From positions 144,227-208,226 of the forward strand of contig OZ246398.1 of NCBI GenBank assembly GCA_965230995.1: DNA of 64,000 nucleotides, given 5' to 3'. The translations under genes were made by a program, and so were the position numbers. This document shows, in pieces, positions 1-8,910 of the stretch. Positions within the stretch are counted from its first letter, which is position 1, and every line of letters starts with the position of its first letter. The DNA comes from an uncultured Candidatus Saccharibacteria bacterium (GTDB lineage Bacteria; Patescibacteriota; Minisyncoccia; Phycocordibacterales; G965230995). The notes under the pieces were generated by a model, which worked only from the letters and a program-made list of their open reading frames with translations, was not told where the DNA came from and ran no database searches.

Positions 1-108
1 AAAGTCCCATGGAAAACTCCGTAAGTCCGACCAGACACTTTGTCCTGGTCTGAACCCTGTGTTTTCCAGAACTTTCCTGGCTCTTTCCTTGATTTCGTTC
101 TTGCTCAT
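1..108 (-). CDS. Orphan hypothetical protein, partial (runs off window start); MSKNEIKERARKVLENTGFRPGQSVW...
   Basis: Open frame from ATG at 108 with AGGGG upstream and a TTGCTA-17-TATAAT promoter at ~173-201 on the minus strand. Confidence 0.55.
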   Translation of the reverse strand, partial: MSKNEIKERARKVLENTGFRPGQSVWSDLRSFPWDF

Positions 109-201
109 CGAACCTGCCCCTGTTGGGTTGTGAAGTGAAGACACAGAATTTACATCTTCTGTTCCTTATATATTATAACATATAATTGCAATAATAGCAA
201 T

Positions 202-1068
202 TTACAACTCATACTTCCCCACCAAACCCTTGGGGCGGTAGAGCATAAATAGAATAAGCAAAACTCCGTATGTAAACTGACGCATTTGGGCAGCGATGTC
301 GGATGGAAAGCCGACAAAACGTAAAATCTCTGGAAGCAAAATCATAAACAAAGCACCGACAAACGCCCCTTCATGGTTAGCAAGCCCACCAACAATAATT
401 AAAGCCAAAATAAATATCGATTCGCCAAGGGCAAAAGATGAAGGATCTATGTATGTGATATATGTTGCATAGAGTGCCCCCGCAACAGATGCCATCATTG
501 CGCTTATGACAAAAATCGCCAACTTGTAAATAACAGTATTGTAACCAAAGACTCTTATGGCTTCTTCGTCTTCGCGGATAGCACGGAGAACCCTACCGAA
601 TGGTGATGTGGTTATAAAATTTGAAACAAACCAAACTACGGCGAGAAAAATCGCACATAAAATTAGAAAAGCGATATTAGAAGAAAATTCAAAACCAAAC
701 ATTTCTGGTCTGCCGATAGCTGGTATTCCAAGAGGTCCTCTCGTCACATCCTGCCAATTCAAAAATATACTGAAAACAATAGTCGCAAAACCCATTGAAA
801 CTAAAGCGTAAAAATCATCTCTGAATCGTGAGAGAACTATACCAAATAGAAATGCGAGCACTGCAGTCAAAACAATGGCAAGCATCACTGCTGGAAAAAA
901 CCCAACGCCGTAACCAACAAGCAATATCGCGACAACATACGCACCAATACCATAAAAAGCCGCATGTGCAACAGAAAGAAGCCCAGTAAAACCGACAACA
1001 AGATCAAGCGATAGCCCAAGTATCCCGTATATGCCGACTAATATTCCAATGTGAACTAAATATTCCAT
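202..1068 (-). CDS. livM: Branched-chain amino acid ABC transporter permease (LivM type)
   Basis: GLLSVAHAAFYGIGAY, LRAIREDEEA and PKGL motifs; polytopic membrane protein. Confidence 0.9.
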   Translation of the reverse strand: MEYLVHIGILVGIYGILGLSLDLVVGFTGLLSVAHAAFYGIGAYVVAILLVGYGVGFFPAVMLAIVLTAVLAFLFGIVLSRFRDDFYALVSMGFATIVFSIFLNWQDVTRGPLGIPAIGRPEMFGFEFSSNIAFLILCAIFLAVVWFVSNFITTSPFGRVLRAIREDEEAIRVFGYNTVIYKLAIFVISAMMASVAGALYATYITYIDPSSFALGESIFILALIIVGGLANHEGAFVGALFMILLPEILRFVGFPSDIAAQMRQFTYGVLLILFMLYRPKGLVGKYEL

Positions 1069-1070
1069 TT

Positions 1071-1931
1071 CTATTTTTTAAATAATCCTTGTGGACGCAC
1101 CAATAGAAAGATAATGAGCAAACCGAAAGCAATAGCGTCTTTCCATTCGCCAGATATTTTCCAAATACCAAAGTTTTCAACAAAGCCAAGGATCAAACCC
1201 CCAGCTACCGCACCATATACATTACCAATACCACCAATTATTGAAGCGATAACACCTTTCATCAAAAGCGAAAGGCCCATTGTTGGTTCAAGTCCAACAT
1301 CATAACCAATGAGAACACCCGCAAGGCCTGCTATTGCTGAACCGATAAAGAAAACTTGTCTAATAATTTTTTTTGTATTGATACCAACAATTGTAGAAAC
1401 TTCTTCATCGTCCCCTATCGCTCTCACTGCTTTTCCAAACATTGTGAATTTAAGAAGAAGCACGAGAAAAATAGTAATGAGCAAAACCGAAAGCATAACC
1501 ATCAATTGCACGTCGGTAAAAACAGCACCAAATATTTCAAATACTCGTGATTGCCCAACAGAGAGCGTCTGAAATTGGCTTGTAAATATCATCGCTATTA
1601 CTGCTTGCATTGCCGTGAAAGCGCCCAGAGAAGCAATAAGAAGCACCATACCAGAGGCTTTTTTCTTTCTAAGGGGCGCATAGATAAAACGATCCAAAAG
1701 ATATCCTAAAAGTCCTGCGCCAAGAATAGAAATAACCACAGCAAACCAAGTCGGGCTCGCAGTTGCTTTGAGAACATAGAGCATAATATATCCGCCAGCC
1801 ACTGCTACTGTGCCGTGCGCAAGATTAAAAAATCTTGTCGTGCCATAAATGAGATTGAAGCCAAGAGCAAGAAGAGCGTAAATAGAACCCGCTATCAAAC
1901 TGTTTGCTACAAGCTGAGGAAATATTCCCAT
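1071..1931 (-). CDS. livH: Branched-chain amino acid ABC transporter permease (LivH type)
   Basis: GSIYALLALGFNLIYG..FNLAHG and RPQGLF motifs. Confidence 0.9.
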   Translation of the reverse strand: MGIFPQLVANSLIAGSIYALLALGFNLIYGTTRFFNLAHGTVAVAGGYIMLYVLKATASPTWFAVVISILGAGLLGYLLDRFIYAPLRKKKASGMVLLIASLGAFTAMQAVIAMIFTSQFQTLSVGQSRVFEIFGAVFTDVQLMVMLSVLLITIFLVLLLKFTMFGKAVRAIGDDEEVSTIVGINTKKIIRQVFFIGSAIAGLAGVLIGYDVGLEPTMGLSLLMKGVIASIIGGIGNVYGAVAGGLILGFVENFGIWKISGEWKDAIAFGLLIIFLLVRPQGLFKK

Positions 1932-2011
1932 AGTGATTAAGTATATAGCAATAGCGAGAAAGGATAAAGGAAAATAGCATTAGAAACTATCTTGATAAGA
2001 GATTAATTATC

Positions 2012-2261
2012 AATTTATTTGTTCTATAACCAACTGACAATATAACATCGAGATTGTAATACTCTACATGCATGTCTTGTCATCTTTATCAGTTGTTGCA
2101 TTTTTTGCACATACTGAATCAGCATCTAATTCTCTATCTTTTAGAACATTCCTTATGTGTTTTGTGACAACGGAACGCTCAATTTGAAATAAATCGGCAA
2201 TTTGCTCCTGCATAGCCCAAATCGTGTCGTGCTTTAGATCCCCTTTAAATTCAATCGTACC
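2012..2261 (-). pseudogene. RhuM-family (Fic/DOC-associated) gene remnant, truncated and frameshifted
   Basis: Minus strand reads DTIWAMQEQIADLFQIERSVVTKHIRNVLKDRELD, then after a frameshift VEYYNLDVILSVGYRTN, typical of RhuM; no start codon. Confidence 0.8.
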
Positions 2262-2280
2262 TTACAAGAATTTGATTTTA

Positions 2281-2805
2281 TTAATCAAAGAAATAGGCAA
2301 CAGAATAAAATACAGTAATAGCGATAGGAACAATACTTAGAGTTTTTAGTACCTTTATATATGCAGTGCTTTTTATCTTTAAAAACAAGGCAATTACACT
2401 AAACAAAAGAGAAATAATTGAATAAGAACAAATTAAAACTAAAATGAAAAACAAAACAAACACGGTCGTATTATTATAATTTTCATACATATAAGCGAGG
2501 GTCTGGAATATGGCAAGAGTGCTAAACATTGATATATATGCAAAAAATAAAACACCCAAAGACTTGAATTGCAACACTAACAAACCATCAGTATCCGCAA
2601 TTCTCGTCTTATTTTTAAATATAAAATACAAACCAACTGAAAAAAGGACCAAAAAAATAATCAGAGGCAGCAAAAATGTATTCAGTATTGCAAATGGAGG
2701 TAAACTTGAAAGATATTTTAATTCCTTTGGTAAAGAAATAAATAAACTAAATGACAACAGAAAACTAAAGACTACACTTATCCAACCATAGATTATGTTT
2801 TTCAT
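2281..2805 (-). CDS. Hypothetical integral membrane protein
   Basis: ~5 hydrophobic segments; very AT-rich; ATG at 2805 preferred. Confidence 0.7.
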   Translation of the reverse strand: MKNIIYGWISVVFSFLLSFSLFISLPKELKYLSSLPPFAILNTFLLPLIIFLVLFSVGLYFIFKNKTRIADTDGLLVLQFKSLGVLFFAYISMFSTLAIFQTLAYMYENYNNTTVFVLFFILVLICSYSIISLLFSVIALFLKIKSTAYIKVLKTLSIVPIAITVFYSVAYFFD

Positions 2806-2835
2806 AAGTGAACTATAACATAATATTCTAATCAT

Positions 2836-2864
2836 AAAAAAACCGCCCTTACGGGCGGTTTTTT
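2836..2864. terminator. Intrinsic terminator (AAAAAAACCGCCC-TTAC-GGGCGGTTTTTT)
   Basis: Perfect inverted repeat with A/T tails. Confidence 0.8.
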
Positions 2865-2887
2865 GGTGGTTTGCTCCTTATTTGCCT

Positions 2888-3604
2888 TTATTTTGCCACT
2901 GATCCTCCTTCTATACTTTTTGCTAATTCATTAAATTCAGCAAACAGTTTAGATATTTTTTCATTATCTGGATTATCTAACCTAAGTTCTTGCATTATTT
3001 TTAATGATAATTCTTGTAATTTATCAGTTTTTGTTTTAATTTCTTGCTGTTTAATTTGTCCTTCAACTGCATTGTTAGCCTTATCTATAGCGTCAGAAAA
3101 GGCTTCGTCGGATTTAATAGCGATTTCATTCATCTTATTACCCGCTTCAAGTAATATTTGCATATATTCTTCTAATGTTATGCTTTCTTGTTCTTTCTCC
3201 TCTAAATTCACTCCGGATGTTTCTGGTTTTGGTTGTTCAGGAGCTTTCGCCGTTGACTCTGGCGTCTTTTGAGTATTTTTTTCCTCCGTTTTTGCAATCT
3301 TATTTTGGCTAATATCCTTTAATGCCTCTACTCCATCCTTAAATTCAGCCACTTTTTGTTCTCTTGTTTTTTCTGGAGCTCTTTCTGTTTGTTTTTTTGC
3401 TTCTGCATCTTTCAAAATCTGAACAAAACCTTTTACATCATTAATTGCGGGTTCTCGGTCTTTTTCTTTTGCTTCTGTGTCTTGGTTCATAATAAAAGCT
3501 GCCGAAAGAGCGAGGAGAGCTCTAACAACAGGCCTTCTTAAATTTTCAAAAACATTTCTTTTTGCTTCAGTATTTTCAACAGGTTTTCTTGGAATTTCAA
3601 ACAT
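2888..3604 (-). CDS. Hypothetical protein, N-terminal hydrophobic segment plus charged helical region
   Basis: 238-aa ORF, co-oriented and tightly packed with neighbours. Confidence 0.75.
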   Translation of the reverse strand: MFEIPRKPVENTEAKRNVFENLRRPVVRALLALSAAFIMNQDTEAKEKDREPAINDVKGFVQILKDAEAKKQTERAPEKTREQKVAEFKDGVEALKDISQNKIAKTEEKNTQKTPESTAKAPEQPKPETSGVNLEEKEQESITLEEYMQILLEAGNKMNEIAIKSDEAFSDAIDKANNAVEGQIKQQEIKTKTDKLQELSLKIMQELRLDNPDNEKISKLFAEFNELAKSIEGGSVAK

Positions 3605-3608
3605 AAAA

Positions 3609-3878
3609 TTATTTTTTTATCATATCTTTAATAACTGATAATCTGTCATCGGCTGTCATAATTCTGCCATTAGCCTTGTTTTCCGCCTCAAATTTTAAAT
3701 AGTTAGTCAAAAGAGAAATGTCTTCATAACTTCCAGCGAGGCCGTTTTTTATATCTTCTAATAGTAAGTCATTTATTTCTTTTGAAAGAAATTCTTGCCA
3801 GATTGCTCTATCTGTTTCTGGGATTTTTTGATTGATAAGACTAGTAATTTCTGCTTTTAGGTCTTGTGTATTAGACAT
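3609..3878 (-). CDS. Hypothetical protein
   Basis: 89-aa ORF; TATAAT just upstream of ATG. Confidence 0.7.
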   Translation of the reverse strand: MSNTQDLKAEITSLINQKIPETDRAIWQEFLSKEINDLLLEDIKNGLAGSYEDISLLTNYLKFEAENKANGRIMTADDRLSVIKDMIKK

Positions 3879-3897
3879 TGGTATATTATACCACTTT

Positions 3898-4194
3898 TTA
3901 GTTTTGTTTTAATCGAAGTCTAGCCGAGGCGATTGCCAGTTCTTCTTCTACTCTTCTTTCGGAATTTTCTATTTCCTTTAATTTGGCTAAAAGCTCGTCC
4001 ATTAAAGCTATTTTTTCCTCATCAACAACATTTTGTAATTGAACAGAAATGAAAGCCAATTCGGTATAAAAAGCACCTTTTTCTTGTTCGGATAATTCTT
4101 CGACTGCTATATCAGAAATAATTCTCTGAGCTTCTTCATATTCACCCAAATCAAGCAAATTTTTTATCTCTTCAAATTTATTTGTGTCGGTCAT
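3898..4194 (-). CDS. Hypothetical acidic helical protein
   Basis: 98-aa ORF in operon-like packing. Confidence 0.7.
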   Translation of the reverse strand: MTDTNKFEEIKNLLDLGEYEEAQRIISDIAVEELSEQEKGAFYTELAFISVQLQNVVDEEKIALMDELLAKLKEIENSERRVEEELAIASARLRLKQN

Positions 4195-4198
4195 AGAT

Positions 4199-5458
4199 TT
4201 ATTTGAATTTGTTTAATCTATTAGAAGCTAAAAATTGTCCTATAAGGAGCTTGTTTGCGCCAGATATTCTTTTATCAGCCAAAGTTTTTCTCAGTATTTT
4301 TTCCAAAGCCTCTCGTGCACGATCTCCCTTTTCTGTGCCAATTACAGCATTTTCTGCTAAATACACTGATAATTCCTCCTGTATCTTTCCAATATTAGTT
4401 GTGCTTGTACCAATCTTTTCTACAACCGCACCAATTATGAGCTTGCTTGCTTTTTCGTTTATTTCATTTTTCAAAGCCTCTGCGTCAACGCCAAAATAAC
4501 CAGAGCCTTCCTCTGCTATGTTTTCTACTATTTTAGTTGCATTTGCCAAATCTTCTGGTTTTTTTGAACCTGCAATTAATTCTGAGACTTTTTCTCTAAT
4601 TGCCTTAGAAACCATATTAGAAACAGCGACCTCACCTGCAAAACCCGCTACAGCTTCCCTTTTAGCCTGTTTATAGATATCTCTCTGAGTTAATCTCTCG
4701 GCTTCGAGTCCTTGTATGCTTCTTATTCCTTCGACTTTCTTTTTTGTCTCTGCAATCTTTGCGTCTAGATCACCACGTTTTAGTCTGACACCCATTTCTT
4801 TTGCCTGAGCTCGAGCTTTTCTCTTTTCACCAAACAAAGTAAGTCTTCCTGCTCCGGTCCAGAAATTGAGGCTCTCTCTTGCTTTTTCTAGTATCTCTGC
4901 TTTCTTTTCGCCATCCTGTTTCTCGGCATCTATATCATCAGATATTCCCAATTCTGCTTTTTTGTCGGCAATCAATTTTTCACGAAGCAACATATCGGCT
5001 TTGTTGGTCGTCATCTTTTGGTATTCTGCAAGCATTTGCAACACTCTCTCTGGATTAGAATAGGCAAGACTAGTTATATATGTGTCTACTGAAGGCGACA
5101 CATCTGTGCTAGTAGGACCTGCTTTTTCTTGCATTTCACCCAAAACAAAAAATTTTACATTTTCTGCTAGCTCTTTTGTTTGTTTGAATAATTCAAAAAA
5201 TCTGTTTGTTTCTCTTATATCTTCAGCATCAAAATTGGTATCTGGGTTTGCTTGCAAAAAATCTGAAAAACCATCTGTATTAATTGCTGTATCGAATGTT
5301 TGTCTCTCTTCGTCTGATATTAATTCCAAAGCATTTCCAGTCTTATCTGGTACCGGCACAGACTCAGCCGGTGGAACTTGGTTTTGAATATGTTCTGGTC
5401 CAGTATCACCTTCATTTGGCACTCCATATGGAAATTCTTTTAGTGGTCCTTCACCCAT
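4199..5458 (-). CDS. Hypothetical coiled-coil protein
   Basis: 419-aa ORF rich in E/K/A. Confidence 0.8.
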   Translation of the reverse strand: MGEGPLKEFPYGVPNEGDTGPEHIQNQVPPAESVPVPDKTGNALELISDEERQTFDTAINTDGFSDFLQANPDTNFDAEDIRETNRFFELFKQTKELAENVKFFVLGEMQEKAGPTSTDVSPSVDTYITSLAYSNPERVLQMLAEYQKMTTNKADMLLREKLIADKKAELGISDDIDAEKQDGEKKAEILEKARESLNFWTGAGRLTLFGEKRKARAQAKEMGVRLKRGDLDAKIAETKKKVEGIRSIQGLEAERLTQRDIYKQAKREAVAGFAGEVAVSNMVSKAIREKVSELIAGSKKPEDLANATKIVENIAEEGSGYFGVDAEALKNEINEKASKLIIGAVVEKIGTSTTNIGKIQEELSVYLAENAVIGTEKGDRAREALEKILRKTLADKRISGANKLLIGQFLASNRLNKFK

Positions 5459-5542
5459 AGTAGTTAATTAATTATATACAGTGAATTATACAGCACGAGA
5501 GAGCTGAAACAAAATTATATAGATAGAAAATATCTTAAAAAA

Positions 5543-6652
5543 TTATTCGAGAGCTTTTATGCCAGGCAAAGTTCCGTTTGCGAGAAAATCGAGCATAGCA
5601 CCGCCTCCGGTTGATATATGATCAAAAGCAGATAGAAGTCCGAGCTCGGCTACCATAGCAACAGTATCACCCCCACCAATTACTGATCTGGAATTTGAAC
5701 TTGCAATTGCTTTTGCAATGATATTTGTTGGTTCTTTAAAGCCTTTTTCGTAAAATCCTAGCGGACCGTTCCATAGGATAAAATCTGCTTTTGAAATTCT
5801 TTCAACCAAATCTTTGATAGTTTTTGTACCAGCATCAAAAATCGTGTCGTTTTTTTGTATATCCTGAACAAGTTTTTCGCATACTTCGTCGTTATTTTGA
5901 ACAACAACGTCAACAGGGATTACAAATTCTCCAAAATCTTTTTTCGGAAGAGAAAACTTGCCTTTATCATAGCTTGATTTGCCTATTTCGATATCTCTGC
6001 TTTTGAAAACAGTGTTTGCGAGAGCACCACCGATGAAAATATCTTTGTATATTGGTGCAAATTTTTCTACCAAAGGCATTTTTGTATCGAATTTTGCACC
6101 ACCTAATATAAAGAGAGAATTCTCACCCGGTTTAAATGCTCGAGACAGTTCTCGTAGCTCAGATTCAAAAACTAGCCCAATGTAACCAGGTAAATATTTT
6201 GGTACACCTACAATAGAAGCGTGTTCTCTATGTGAAGAAGAAAATGCTTCGTTTACATAAATATCCGCTAGAGAAGCCAATTTTTTAGCAAAAGAATCTG
6301 AATTGGCTTTTTCGCCTTTGTTGTCTCTCAAATTTGATAACAAAACTATTCCTGACGGACTGTCGTCTAATTTCTTTAATACATCCTCTTTTTCGTATGA
6401 TTCGCAATATGAAATTGGCATAGATTGCATTACCCTTTCAGCGACAATACGGAAATCAGAATTTTCTTCATTTTCAAAATGAGAAACAATTATTATTTTT
6501 GCTCCCTTTGAATGTAATTCTCTGATTGTTGGTAATGTTTTTACAATTCGAAAGTCATCGGTGACCTTACCCCCCGAAACAGGGACATTAAAATCCACCC
6601 TGAGAAGAACTGTTTTTCCGGAAATATCGTTTAGATCATTGATGGTTTTCAT
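5543..6652 (-). CDS. pgk: Phosphoglycerate kinase
   Basis: LLRVDFNVP, LGGAK, WNGPLG and ISTGGGA motifs. Confidence 0.97.
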   Translation of the reverse strand: MKTINDLNDISGKTVLLRVDFNVPVSGGKVTDDFRIVKTLPTIRELHSKGAKIIIVSHFENEENSDFRIVAERVMQSMPISYCESYEKEDVLKKLDDSPSGIVLLSNLRDNKGEKANSDSFAKKLASLADIYVNEAFSSSHREHASIVGVPKYLPGYIGLVFESELRELSRAFKPGENSLFILGGAKFDTKMPLVEKFAPIYKDIFIGGALANTVFKSRDIEIGKSSYDKGKFSLPKKDFGEFVIPVDVVVQNNDEVCEKLVQDIQKNDTIFDAGTKTIKDLVERISKADFILWNGPLGFYEKGFKEPTNIIAKAIASSNSRSVIGGGDTVAMVAELGLLSAFDHISTGGGAMLDFLANGTLPGIKALE

Positions 6653-7422
6653 ATACGAGATTCGTTTGCAATTTTTATTATCTCTCCAAAACTATCTGGA
6701 TAAAGACTCTGTCTGCCGACCAAAAATCCGTCGACTTTTCCATTTTCAAGAATATCACCTGCGTTTACCGGCGAAACTGAACCTCCATATAGTATCTTTA
6801 ATTTTTTTACAGATTCTTTTCCGAATGCATCATTAAAAATTCTTTGTATAAAAATAGTCATTTCGTGCATATCAACACCTTTCATAGCTTCAAGCTCGCT
6901 TTTGCCGATTGCCCAAACAGGTTCATAAGCAATGATAATGTTAGAAATATCTTTTTTTGTGACATCTCCAAGACTGTGCCTCAGCTGATCATGAACAAAA
7001 GCCAAATAATTACCGTCCACGTCTCTTTCTTGTTCTCCAATGCACAAAATAACCTTCATTTTGTTATCCAAAACCGCCCTGAGCTTCTTTGCGACATCTT
7101 GTTCTGTTTCGCCCATTGCTCTTCTTTCAGAATGGCCAACAATCACATAATCTGTGCCAATTTCTCGGATCATATCAACTGTTACTTCCCCTGTATGTGC
7201 TCCTGTATTATCAGAAAAAGCATCTTGCGCCCCTATCGCGACTGTTTTTTCCATTTGCATTTTTGATATCTCTTCGATATGTAAATGTGAAGGACACAAA
7301 ACAACATCTACATTTTTATATTTCTTTGAATTTTTGATAATTCCTTTTGCGATGTTTTTTGCTTCTTTAAGAGTAAGTGGATTTGCTTTCCAATTGGCGA
7401 CAATAAGTTTTTGTTTAGACAT
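6649..7422 (-). CDS. tpiA: Triosephosphate isomerase
   Basis: ANWK, GHSERR, AYEPVWAIG and LYGGSV motifs; ATG at 7422 preferred. Confidence 0.97.
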   Translation of the reverse strand: MSKQKLIVANWKANPLTLKEAKNIAKGIIKNSKKYKNVDVVLCPSHLHIEEISKMQMEKTVAIGAQDAFSDNTGAHTGEVTVDMIREIGTDYVIVGHSERRAMGETEQDVAKKLRAVLDNKMKVILCIGEQERDVDGNYLAFVHDQLRHSLGDVTKKDISNIIIAYEPVWAIGKSELEAMKGVDMHEMTIFIQRIFNDAFGKESVKKLKILYGGSVSPVNAGDILENGKVDGFLVGRQSLYPDSFGEIIKIANESRI

Positions 7423-7483
7423 AATGATAAGTATATGAAAAAAGACACAATGTGTCACCCGTATTTTGTGTTAGAATATTAAA

Positions 7484-7933
7484 ATGAATAGAGCATTCAC
7501 TTTAATTGAAATACTTGTTGTGATAGCAATCATCGCAATCCTTGCTGTGGTTGCAACTGTCGGATTTGCTAATACTCGTATTAATAAAACGATAGATATT
7601 ACGACTAAAAACATACTGTTTTCGCTCGAAGAAGCAAAAAGCAACTCCCTATCCGGAAAAGGCGGAACATCACACGGCATTTATTTTTCATCCAGCTCTT
7701 ACACAGTCTTCAGCGGGACTTCTTATGTAGAAAATAATCCTGACAACAAAATCACGACAATAGATTCTGCAATTGAAATCACAACAACAATTCCAAACGG
7801 CTATGTAATTTTCTCTAGACTAAATGGAAACGTAACAAACACAGGGACAATTACTGTGAGAGAAAAAGCTGACACATCCAATAGCAAAACAATTTCTATC
7901 GGCTCACTTGGTGATATCAATATGGTACAATAG
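7484..7933 (+). CDS. Type IV minor pilin (FimT/GspH-like)
   Basis: Class III signal AF-TLIEILVVIAII. Confidence 0.85.
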   Translation: MNRAFTLIEILVVIAIIAILAVVATVGFANTRINKTIDITTKNILFSLEEAKSNSLSGKGGTSHGIYFSSSSYTVFSGTSYVENNPDNKITTIDSAIEITTTIPNGYVIFSRLNGNVTNTGTITVREKADTSNSKTISIGSLGDINMVQ

Positions 7934-7937
7934 ATAT

Positions 7938-8408
7938 ATGCGATCGAACGGATTTAGTATTATTGAAATAATAATATCCGCATCAATCATTATGGCGACA
8001 GTTGTTGCCACAATGACGGTTTTTGAATCATATCTAAAAATTGCTTTTAAAAGCTCTGAAAAAACATACAGCGCCCTACTTGCCGAAGAAGGAGCTGAAA
8101 TAATACAAGTTCTAAGAGACAACGGTTTCGGACAAAACATAGCACCTCTCGCTGTTTCTACTGCATACTATTTGTATTGGAATGGTACATCATTTGGAGC
8201 AACTACAACTCCGCAAATAATAAACGAGCAGTATCTACGAACAATTCAGTTCGAAAATATTTATCGTGATGCAAACAGCGATATTGCGGAAACAGGCACA
8301 CTCGATGAAAATACAAAGAAAGTTTCAATTACGGTATCCAAAACATCTGCAACAAACACTCCGATATTCTATACAGAAAGCTTAATTCACAATACATATG
8401 AAAATTAA
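7938..8408 (+). CDS. Type IV minor pilin (PilV-like)
   Basis: GF-SIIEIII prepilin signal; LLAEEGAEII motif. Confidence 0.8.
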   Translation: MRSNGFSIIEIIISASIIMATVVATMTVFESYLKIAFKSSEKTYSALLAEEGAEIIQVLRDNGFGQNIAPLAVSTAYYLYWNGTSFGATTTPQIINEQYLRTIQFENIYRDANSDIAETGTLDENTKKVSITVSKTSATNTPIFYTESLIHNTYEN

Positions 8409-8910
8409 CACCGAAAAAGGTTTTACAATGGTGGAATTGGTTATGTATATAGCCGGGATGACTGTTCTTTTGATTGCAATCGGTACTTTGATTTATAGTA
8501 TGTATGACTTTTACAAAGACGCAACAATCGGCCCTCGAGTAGACCGCGTTGGCCTTTCTGTGATAGACAGAATAACAAAAGACGTTCGAACCGGTGTTTC
8601 TATTAATACAGAACAAAGCAAATTCGGTGTTCCGACCGGTGCAATATCTCTAAATGCTCAGAACGATACGACACTTCTCACAAAATATTTTGAATTAAAA
8701 GACGGCAGAATTATCTACAATGAAAATGGTTCTGGCGAACAGTTCCTAACCCCCGACGACCTTTCTGTTTCAAATTTTGAAATAACACAAATAAACACAC
8801 CAATTTCTATCGCTCTCAAATACACAATAGGTATTAATTACACAAATGACGGAGAAGAAAAATTAAAAAGCTACAGTGGAGTTGCAATATTAAGACATTC
8901 TTATGAATAA
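8398..8910 (+). CDS. Type IV minor pilin (PilW-like)
   Basis: GF-TMVELVMY prepilin signal; RITKDVR motif. Confidence 0.8.
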   Translation: MKINTEKGFTMVELVMYIAGMTVLLIAIGTLIYSMYDFYKDATIGPRVDRVGLSVIDRITKDVRTGVSINTEQSKFGVPTGAISLNAQNDTTLLTKYFELKDGRIIYNENGSGEQFLTPDDLSVSNFEITQINTPISIALKYTIGINYTNDGEEKLKSYSGVAILRHSYE

